NCBI GenBank assembly: GCA_964430335.1
Contig: CAYSEN010000002.1
Location: forward strand, 1-47,183
Source: an uncultured Candidatus Saccharibacteria bacterium
Lineage (GTDB): Bacteria; Patescibacteriota; Minisyncoccia; Phycocordibacterales; SIBU01
Direction: 5' to 3'
Length of the DNA: 47,183 nucleotides
The notes beneath the pieces were generated by a model. That model did not search any database. It saw only the letters and a program-made list of their open reading frames with translations, and was not told the origin of the DNA. The translations under genes were made by a program, and so were the position numbers. This document shows, piece after piece, positions 27,473-34,531 of this stretch (the first letter of the stretch is position 1; the number at the start of each line of letters is the position of its first letter).

Positions 27473-28479
27473 TGCTTACTTTAGTCCAAAAACAAACGAT
27501 TGATTCGTTCATACAAAAACTAAAATCCGGAATCTACACCGAGGTTGTAAATCCGTGTCTTTGTGGCGCTCACACAGACAGCCAGATTGCTAGCAAAGAT
27601 CGCTACGGGATCGATCAAAAAATTGTTCTATGTGAAGAATGTGGCCTGATGAGAGCTGACCCTTACTACGACGAAAAAACCTTAGGTTCATTCTATGAAA
27701 ACGAATATCGCAAAATTTATCGTAACCCAAATCACGAAAGCGTTTCAGATTTTTTTAAGGAACAGACCGGTTTTGGAAAATATATTTTTGATTTCCTAAA
27801 GCACAACTATTTTAAAGGCGAGATAAAAGGTAAAAAGGTTTTCGAGATCGGTTGTGGCGCCGGAGGAATATTGCAGACCTTCAAAGATTCTGGCAACGAA
27901 GTTTTTGGCTGTGACTTTGACGAAGAGTATCTAAACTTCGGAAAGTCCAAAGGTCTAACTCTTGAGAGAGATGACGCAGAAACCCTGAGTAAGCATGGAC
28001 AGGCAGACATAGTGATTCTAAACCACACCCTAGAGCATATAAAAAATCCAACCGCTACTTTAGCTACAGTAAAAAAAATTCTAAAAGATGACGGGGTTCT
28101 CTATATTGCCTTACCAGGAATTTACTATATTCACGATACTTACCACGGCAAATTAAATAGTTATCTTCAAAATGCTCATGTTTGGTATTTCACATTAAAA
28201 ACCCTAAATTCCCTACTCGCGCGCTCGGGATTTAAATTGGTACACGGCAACGAGGTGATCATGGCCATTTACCAAAAAGGAGTATCCGAAAATCTACAAA
28301 AAGAAAGTTCAGAAAAAATTAAAAAGTATTTAAGAAAGAATCAAATCCTAAGACCTTACCTAGCATTGAAAAATTTTTCACCCTCTCACCAATTAAGACA
28401 ATTTACACTTGGTGCCCTTAGAAAAAACCAATCCGTATACAATAAAGCCAAGGGTTTGTACCACAAATTGAAAAAATAA
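27472..28479 (+). CDS. Class I SAM-dependent methyltransferase with an N-terminal Cys4 element
   Basis: Motif I VFEIGCGAGGIL, Cys pairs CLCG...CEECG, and a TAATG stop/start overlap with the upstream gene. Confidence 0.8.
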   Translation: MLTLVQKQTIDSFIQKLKSGIYTEVVNPCLCGAHTDSQIASKDRYGIDQKIVLCEECGLMRADPYYDEKTLGSFYENEYRKIYRNPNHESVSDFFKEQTGFGKYIFDFLKHNYFKGEIKGKKVFEIGCGAGGILQTFKDSGNEVFGCDFDEEYLNFGKSKGLTLERDDAETLSKHGQADIVILNHTLEHIKNPTATLATVKKILKDDGVLYIALPGIYYIHDTYHGKLNSYLQNAHVWYFTLKTLNSLLARSGFKLVHGNEVIMAIYQKGVSENLQKESSEKIKKYLRKNQILRPYLALKNFSPSHQLRQFTLGALRKNQSVYNKAKGLYHKLKK

Positions 28480-28480
28480 A

Positions 28481-29134
28481 ATGCCAAAAAAGTCAGACAA
28501 AAACTCAAAAAAATCGGTTGAGAAAAAACAGTACAAAGCTGTTCTCTTTGACCTTGATGGTGTTTTGGTAAACATGCCAGACGGTCACTACGAAGCACTC
28601 AACAAAGCTTTGGCACTTTTCGGTGCCCAGATCGGTCGCGAAGAGCATCTTCAGTATTTTAACGGCCTACCAACTCGTAAAAAATTAGAGGAGTTGGAAA
28701 ATCAGGGTCGCCTACCTAAAGGCCTCCGAGAATTTATTAACAACGTAAAACAAAAGCACACCAAAGATATTATTCCAAAATATTGCCCACCAGACTATTC
28801 AAAAATCATTTTACTTCAACATCTTAAAGACAAGGGCTACACACTTGCCTGCTGTTCAAACTCAATCAAAGAAACTCTTCATCTAATGCTAAAATCCTCA
28901 CACCTATTTGATTTCTTTGATTTAATTGTCGGCAACGATGAAGTGCAAAATCCTAAACCTCACCCAGAAACATATCTATACGCCTTTCAAAAATTGGGAG
29001 TAGAACCTCACGAATGCATCATCGTAGAAGATGCTCCGCCTGGAATCGCGGCCGCAAAAGCTAGTGGAGCAACCGTCATCGAAGTACGAGGAGTTGAAGA
29101 TGTGAACTTGGCCTTATTCGAAAATTTAATTTAA
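28481..29134 (+). CDS. HAD-superfamily phosphatase (beta-phosphoglucomutase-like subfamily IA)
   Basis: AVLFDLDGVLV is motif I, CSNS is motif II, and IIVEDAPPGIAAAKASG covers motifs III/IV. Confidence 0.8.
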   Translation: MPKKSDKNSKKSVEKKQYKAVLFDLDGVLVNMPDGHYEALNKALALFGAQIGREEHLQYFNGLPTRKKLEELENQGRLPKGLREFINNVKQKHTKDIIPKYCPPDYSKIILLQHLKDKGYTLACCSNSIKETLHLMLKSSHLFDFFDLIVGNDEVQNPKPHPETYLYAFQKLGVEPHECIIVEDAPPGIAAAKASGATVIEVRGVEDVNLALFENLI

Positions 29135-29137
29135 CCT

Positions 29138-29458
29138 ATGAAAATTCTAAAACTAAAGGATTTTACGAGAGGTTGGATGATTGGTGATTTTACACCAGCA
29201 ATATTACAAACAAAAAATTTTGAATTCGGTGTCAAAGACTACAAAGCCGGAGACCAAGAAGATGCGCATCTGCACAAAGTAGCAACGGAATTTTCGGTTA
29301 TCGTTTCAGGTGAATTTAAAATGAACGACCAAATTCTTAAAAAAGGAGATGTCTTAGTGATGGAACCAAACGACATTGCAAACTTTAGTTGTATTAGTGA
29401 TGGTTCTACTGCGGTCATAAAGGTGCCGTCCGTTAAAGGAGATAAATATTTAGTATAA
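29138..29458 (+). CDS. Small cupin-fold protein
   Basis: 106 aa with HLHKVATEFSVIVSGEFKMNDQILKKGDVLVMEP, which resembles the cupin motifs. Confidence 0.55.
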   Translation: MKILKLKDFTRGWMIGDFTPAILQTKNFEFGVKDYKAGDQEDAHLHKVATEFSVIVSGEFKMNDQILKKGDVLVMEPNDIANFSCISDGSTAVIKVPSVKGDKYLV

Positions 29459-29460
29459 AA

Positions 29461-29485
29461 AATTCTACAGTGGATCTGTAGAATT
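29461..29485. terminator. Hairpin closing operon 1; also serves the convergent small minus-strand ORF
   Basis: Stem aattctacag, loop tggat, stem ctgtagaatt (10 bp). taaaaa lies on its 5' side, which is a T-run on the minus strand. Confidence 0.6.
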
Positions 29486-29490
29486 ACGAA

Positions 29491-29784
29491 TCAGAAACTG
29501 CTTGCAAACACAAGGAGTGCATACAGGAAAATTGGCAAGGATAGCCACCTGACTATCTTAATCGCGAGGGAAAAACTGGTAACACCTCCTCCTTTAGGAT
29601 CGGGTGCAAAAGTGATGGCAAAAGAGAGTATGGACAGAACTGCCATCGTTGCACTCAAAAGCCGAAGCTCAGAAGAGTCCCGTCTCAAATTTGGGATCGC
29701 GAAAAATATCATGACGTTGACGACACCGATAAAAAAACAGACCGGTGTCTTGTGTTTACCAACCCAAGTGATTTGTCTGCGCAT
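29491..29784 (-). CDS. Small hydrophobic protein, unknown function (intermediate GC)
   Basis: 97 aa with about 3 hydrophobic spans. No family recognised, so coding status is uncertain. Confidence 0.35.
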   Translation of the reverse strand: MRRQITWVGKHKTPVCFFIGVVNVMIFFAIPNLRRDSSELRLLSATMAVLSILSFAITFAPDPKGGGVTSFSLAIKIVRWLSLPIFLYALLVFASSF

Positions 29785-29906
29785 AAAAATCTAGGCTCGG
29801 CAAATTTTAATATAAAAAGAAAACAAGGTCGATAAATTTTCATAAAAAATGAGCATTAGACAATAGTAATTGAAAAAAACCAAAACTTTTACTCAAAAAT
29901 TTGCAA

Positions 29907-29937
29907 GAAAAAAGAGCGATCGAATGAACGATCGCTC
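29907..29937 (-). terminator. Rho-independent terminator of the high-GC IMPase-like gene
   Basis: Minus strand: gagcgatcg, loop ttcatt, cgatcgctc, followed by tttttt. Confidence 0.8.
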
Positions 29938-29965
29938 CGTGAATTGACTGAAAGAACTGATAGGG

Positions 29966-30892
29966 CTATTGGCCCTTGGACGCCCTGACGGCGCGGACCA
30001 AGACATCGAGTGTCTCTTGGTTGTTGGCCGTAACCAGGATGTCGTAGTCCATGACTGACAGCGGGTTGCACTCGGTGAGAGTGCCGTTGTCTTCGACTCG
30101 GAATGCCGTCGCACATCCGCCGGCCTGGAGGACGAGAAGGACCGGGCAGACGTCCCAATAACCGCCGATTGCAGTAGTGATGGCGCCGACGGCTCCCTTG
30201 CCGCCGTGAGCGATGAGCGCATGATGAATCCCGTTACTTCCGAGCATCAACTTGCCGGCCTTCTGGTCGATCAGACCTTCGAGTCGATTGAGTTCGGACC
30301 GCGTCAGAATCTCCCGCCCATCGCGCTTGAAGCCGGGATAGCAGTCGGTGAACACCCGGGTCTTCGAGCTAATTGGCTCCGATGACACACTGCATACTGA
30401 CATGTCATCAGGCGTCGGTTCACTGCCGTCCTCGGAGTAAGCCATTACCATAGTCCCAACGCCCTTCTGGCCGACCCAAATCTGGCCGGTCTGGGGGTTT
30501 CCCACCACACAGAAGAACACCTCCTTGCATGACCTGCTGTAGGCCGCGGCGATGACCGTCGAGGTTCCTGCCCCAACTGCAAACGGCATGGAGCCGTCGA
30601 GAGCATCGAGGCATACAATGATGTCGCTCGTAGGACCCTCAGGTCCAGTCTCCTCGCCGTGCACCAGAACCCCAGGAATTGTCAGCAGGATTTTCTTCCC
30701 CGCAGCCTCGCTGGCCTTGTCGGCCGGAAGGGCCGCCAAGGTGCCGTCGGACTTGCTGCCAAGTGCGTCGATACACCGACCTCGTTGGAACCTTCGTACG
30801 ACAGCCATGGATCGGAGAACAGCCCCGACCACCTGACCACGGCTGTCGCGGTTGAATTCACGATCGTATGGGACCACTTCTGTTGATTTCAT
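29966..30892 (-). CDS. Inositol-monophosphatase/FBPase-superfamily phosphatase-like protein with high GC
   Basis: HGEETG is a metal-binding acidic pair. CLDALDGS is a variant of the DP[IL]DGT motif. YWDVCPVLLVLQAGG is a variant of WDxAAGxxxxxEAGG. Hand-counted G+C in 30001-30240 is 50, 63, 62 and 63% per 60 nt. Confidence 0.6.
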   Translation of the reverse strand: MKSTEVVPYDREFNRDSRGQVVGAVLRSMAVVRRFQRGRCIDALGSKSDGTLAALPADKASEAAGKKILLTIPGVLVHGEETGPEGPTSDIIVCLDALDGSMPFAVGAGTSTVIAAAYSRSCKEVFFCVVGNPQTGQIWVGQKGVGTMVMAYSEDGSEPTPDDMSVCSVSSEPISSKTRVFTDCYPGFKRDGREILTRSELNRLEGLIDQKAGKLMLGSNGIHHALIAHGGKGAVGAITTAIGGYWDVCPVLLVLQAGGCATAFRVEDNGTLTECNPLSVMDYDILVTANNQETLDVLVRAVRASKGQ

Positions 30893-31038
30893 TTGTTTTT
30901 TCTACCCGATAAATCGGGCATTTCGAACCGTTTTGGAACCCCTGTTGCCCTCAAGCGAGTGCAAAAACGTCAAAGATCCCCTAAAACTAACCTTTGACAA
31001 TTTAGCACAAATCTGGAAATATGTCAATATATTTAGCC

Positions 31039-31084
31039 ATAAATTAGCGCCTAAATGTGCTAGAATAGTAACCAATAAATTAGC
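31039..31084 (+). promoter_or_regulatory. Candidate operon-2 promoter: an extended -10 box flanked by two exact ATAAATTAGC repeats
   Basis: TGcTAGAAT lies at 31058-31066. ATAAATTAGC occurs at 31039-31048 and 31075-31084. Further TTAGCC motifs lie at 31033-31038 and 31091-31096. The ATG is at 31103. Confidence 0.45.
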
Positions 31085-31102
31085 CGTTAATTAGCCAAAA
31101 AC

Positions 31103-31930
31103 ATGAAAATCATCTTTCCAATGGCAGGTCTCGGTAGTCGTTTTGCAAAGGTTGCAGATAAAAATTCTGAATATCTAAAACCTAAGCCATTTATAAATGT
31201 TAAAGGCTTTCCTATGATCCGCTGGGCCACAGGTTCACTTCCCTTTTTTGAGCACGCCGGACAAAAAGTAACTGGCAATCTTCGTGTCACTCCAAAAGAT
31301 GTGGCCTTCATTATTTTGAAGGAGCACAACGATGCATATCAAATGGAGAAGCAACTGAAGGAAATTTATTCAGACGATATCACTGTTATTGTGATTGATA
31401 AGCTCACTCGTGGTGCTTCAGAAACTGTTCTTAAGGCCAAGGACTTTATCAATCCTGAAGAAGACCTCCTGCTTTCTGACACCGACCACTTTTTTGATGG
31501 CCGGGGTTTCGCCGATTTAATTGCAAATAAAGACGCGGACACTGCGGGAATCATTCCTGTCTTCCGCGCTCGAAATGATGGTATTCCAAAGTGGAGCTAC
31601 ACCTTGACTAAGCCTGACAGCAATCACATTTCTCAGGTGGCAGAAAAAAGTCGTGAACTTATGGAAAAAGGAGCTTATGCAAATATTGGCGCCTACTATT
31701 TTTCAAAAGGAAAATATTTTATTGCAGAAGCTGAGAAAGCTATCGAAAGAAATGAAAGAGCTGGCGATCCTGTTAAAGGAGAGTTTTATATCGCACCTCT
31801 ATATCAAAAATTGCTTGATCAAGGAATGAAATTGCAGGCCGCTGTAATTCCCGAAATGTGGGGATTGGGTACACCGGAAGATTTAGAATTTTTCTTGGCT
31901 AATTGTCCAATTAACAAACCATCATTTTAA
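31103..31930 (+). CDS. Sugar-phosphate/alcohol-phosphate nucleotidyltransferase-like protein (GT-A fold)
   Basis: The N-terminal IIFPMAGLGSRF...KPFINVKGFPMI signature, plus GLGTPEDLEFF near the C-terminus. Confidence 0.6.
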   Translation: MKIIFPMAGLGSRFAKVADKNSEYLKPKPFINVKGFPMIRWATGSLPFFEHAGQKVTGNLRVTPKDVAFIILKEHNDAYQMEKQLKEIYSDDITVIVIDKLTRGASETVLKAKDFINPEEDLLLSDTDHFFDGRGFADLIANKDADTAGIIPVFRARNDGIPKWSYTLTKPDSNHISQVAEKSRELMEKGAYANIGAYYFSKGKYFIAEAEKAIERNERAGDPVKGEFYIAPLYQKLLDQGMKLQAAVIPEMWGLGTPEDLEFFLANCPINKPSF

Positions 31931-31946
31931 ATAGTTATACACTGAG

Positions 31947-32702
31947 ATGAGTAAAATCCTAAACATCGTAGTTCCAATGGCCGGTCGTGGCACTCCTTTT
32001 AAGGAGGCAGGTTACGCTTTTCCTAAAGCACTTGTCGACATCAAAGGTAAAACCATGATCGAAGTGGTAACTGGAAATCTAAAACCAAACTGCGAGCATA
32101 AATTTATTTTTGTCTGCCAGAGAGAACATTATGAAAAGTACGACCTATATAACATTTTCAAAAATGCTACGGACAATCAGTTTGAAGTGGTCCAGATAAA
32201 TGGTCAGACTGAGGGCGCAGCCTGTACAGTGCTGACCGCGGTTTCTCATATCAACAATGACAACGACCTGATTATTGCAAACTCAGACCAATTTATAGAA
32301 ACCGGTATAAATGATTTCATAAAGGAAGGACGAAAAGATGACAAAGACGGACTGATCATGACTTTCAAGGCCAGTCACCCAAAGTGGAGTTATGTTCGTA
32401 CAGATGATAGCGGACGAGTAATTGAAGTCGCTGAGAAAAAAGTGATTTCCAAAAACGCCACTGTGGGAGTTTACTATTTCAAAAAAGGAAGTGATTTTGT
32501 GGAATCAGCTCAATCAATGATTCACAAAAACATAAGACACAACAACGAGTTTTATGTTTGCCCTACTTACAATGAAATGATTCTTCGCGGTAAAAAAATC
32601 TACACCAAAGAAATTTCTGCTGAAAAAATGCACGGACTAGGAACACCAGAGGAGCTCAATCATTTTTTGAAAGAATTGGAAAAAGGAAAAATCAAAATTT
32701 AA
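31947..32702 (+). CDS. Nucleotidyltransferase-like protein, paralogue of the preceding gene
   Basis: IVVPMAGRGTPFKEAGYAFPKALVDIKGKTMI, KWSYVRTD (compare KWSYTLTK in the neighbour) and GLGTPEELNHF. Confidence 0.6.
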   Translation: MSKILNIVVPMAGRGTPFKEAGYAFPKALVDIKGKTMIEVVTGNLKPNCEHKFIFVCQREHYEKYDLYNIFKNATDNQFEVVQINGQTEGAACTVLTAVSHINNDNDLIIANSDQFIETGINDFIKEGRKDDKDGLIMTFKASHPKWSYVRTDDSGRVIEVAEKKVISKNATVGVYYFKKGSDFVESAQSMIHKNIRHNNEFYVCPTYNEMILRGKKIYTKEISAEKMHGLGTPEELNHFLKELEKGKIKI

Positions 32703-32703
32703 T

Positions 32704-33612
32704 ATGATAAGAGAAAATTACGTGAGAAATGAAAATAAAATTGAACGTGAGCCGGGAGAGGTTGCTGTAATCACCCACCGAGGACTAGACCCAGAAAAAC
32801 CGAACTACTACATGGAGAGCTCGCGAGAAGCTTTTGCTGACCAAATTTCTAGAGGTTTCGGTCTTGAATTTGATTTACAATTTACCAAGGACGGTAAAAT
32901 TGTTGTGCTACACGACAAGGATCTTTCAAGAATTACCAATGGTGCTGATACTAGAAAAATCGGAGAAGTTAATTTTGACGAATTGCTAGACATGGATTTC
33001 AACGGTTACCACATCACCTCATTCGGAGCACTTCTTCAAATGATTCAATCGAATCCAAACGGGAAATCACTAAACGCCATCCACTTTAAACACGGGGTGC
33101 AGACTAAAGAACAGATGGATCAGATACTGAAAGAATTTGAAGGAGCTAACCCTGAACATTTCATATTTTTTGACCTAAAAACAGAATCAGCCAAATATCT
33201 AAAAGAAAAAGACGGCAGACTTCACCTCGCAGCATCAGTCGCACATCCACATGACATCGAAAGATATAATTCGGCAGTCGGTGGAACATTACTACCCCTT
33301 TCCGAAGTTATAGATAATAGGGATGTTTTTGATTGGGTTTGGCTAGATGAATGGGATTTGTCCGACAAAGACGGAGGTCAAAAGTCACTCTACAGCGAGG
33401 AGACTTTCAAAATTGCTAGAGACGCTGGTCTAAAAATTGCCTTAGTCACACCGGAACTTCACGGCACTTCTCCAGGACTACTTGGTGGCGAAGCCCACCC
33501 TGACGCAGGAAACCGCGAAAAATTAAACAAAAGATTAAAAGAAATTTTTGAGCTTAGGCCAGACGCCATGTGCACAGATTACCCCGACTACGTAAAAAAT
33601 TTAAAAAAATAA
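32704..33612 (+). CDS. Glycerophosphodiester phosphodiesterase (GDPD) family protein
   Basis: ITHRGL...ESSREAF...GFGLEFDLQFTKDGKIVVLHDKDLSRIT matches the GDPD HRG / E-x-D / HD pattern. Confidence 0.7.
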   Translation: MIRENYVRNENKIEREPGEVAVITHRGLDPEKPNYYMESSREAFADQISRGFGLEFDLQFTKDGKIVVLHDKDLSRITNGADTRKIGEVNFDELLDMDFNGYHITSFGALLQMIQSNPNGKSLNAIHFKHGVQTKEQMDQILKEFEGANPEHFIFFDLKTESAKYLKEKDGRLHLAASVAHPHDIERYNSAVGGTLLPLSEVIDNRDVFDWVWLDEWDLSDKDGGQKSLYSEETFKIARDAGLKIALVTPELHGTSPGLLGGEAHPDAGNREKLNKRLKEIFELRPDAMCTDYPDYVKNLKK

Positions 33613-33613
33613 A

Positions 33614-34531
33614 ATGCTAGATTTCGCAAAAAAAACACTTTGGAATATTGGTTTTAAATTTGGCAGATTTATCACCATTCACACCAGACCAGCAAAAGTA
33701 GATGGTCTGCCTTTCATTGGATCAAAAAATCCAATCGATGAATCCTGCGCCATCATCATGCAGGGTCCGATTAAGCATGAGTATAATTTCACCTACGAGA
33801 CAGTGCGTTTCTACCTTCAACACTACCCTTCTGCCACAATTATCATTTCAACCTGGGAAGGCGAAGACACAAGCGCTATAGAAAGTCTCAAAGCTGAAAA
33901 AGTGAAAATTTTAAAATGCGCTAAACCGGTTCATCCAGGACCTTGTAATGTAAACATGCAAATTACAAATACTAAAGCCGGAATGGATGAAGCTGTCAGA
34001 CTTGGACTTAAATACTCTCTCAAAACTCGCGCCGACCAAAGAATGTACGGTATCAACTGTCTTGAATTCATGATTAACATGATCGAACAATTCCCTGTTT
34101 TGGGACCAACATCTCAGAACAAGAGAATTCTTGCGACTAACACCGGCACAAGTAAACACCGAAACTATCATTTTTCTGATTTGTTTATGTTTGGAACTGC
34201 GATCGACATGCAGACTTATTGGACTCCGGAAATAATTACTGACAAATCAATCAATCCTAGAGATTTTTTGGCAGAGGGATATTTGTTTACTCAGTTTTTG
34301 ACACACACAGGCTGGAAAATAAAAGACACGCTAGAAGATTTTATTGAAGCATTAGGCGAGAGATGTGTCGTTGTAGACAATGAAGACATCGATGTATACT
34401 GGCCGAAATATGCAGCACAGCAACGTGAATACCGATTGAAAAATTACGTAAGACCAGCTATCGAAATCACCTTCAAAATATGGATGAATGAAGGTTTGGT
34501 TCCCGCACTTAAAAAATATGGAAAAAAATAA
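33614..34531 (+). CDS. Conserved hypothetical glycan-locus protein (possibly WavE-like LPS synthesis family)
   Basis: 305 aa, soluble, tightly coupled to its neighbours. The WavE guess comes only from context and a faint recollection of the IIMQGPI...IIISTWE pattern. Confidence 0.3.
   Translation: MLDFAKKTLWNIGFKFGRFITIHTRPAKVDGLPFIGSKNPIDESCAIIMQGPIKHEYNFTYETVRFYLQHYPSATIIISTWEGEDTSAIESLKAEKVKILKCAKPVHPGPCNVNMQITNTKAGMDEAVRLGLKYSLKTRADQRMYGINCLEFMINMIEQFPVLGPTSQNKRILATNTGTSKHRNYHFSDLFMFGTAIDMQTYWTPEIITDKSINPRDFLAEGYLFTQFLTHTGWKIKDTLEDFIEALGERCVVVDNEDIDVYWPKYAAQQREYRLKNYVRPAIEITFKIWMNEGLVPALKKYGKK

Noticed and set aside
29889-30886. Five additional track ORFs (29889-30158, 29893-30222, 30420-30614, 30552-30836, 30659-30886) overlap the IMPase-like gene in other frames and on both strands.
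   Set aside because: Long stop-free alternative frames are expected in roughly 60% GC coding sequence. Their products are Arg/Pro/Ser-rich low-complexity strings with no recognisable motifs. The 308-aa frame carries the family motifs.
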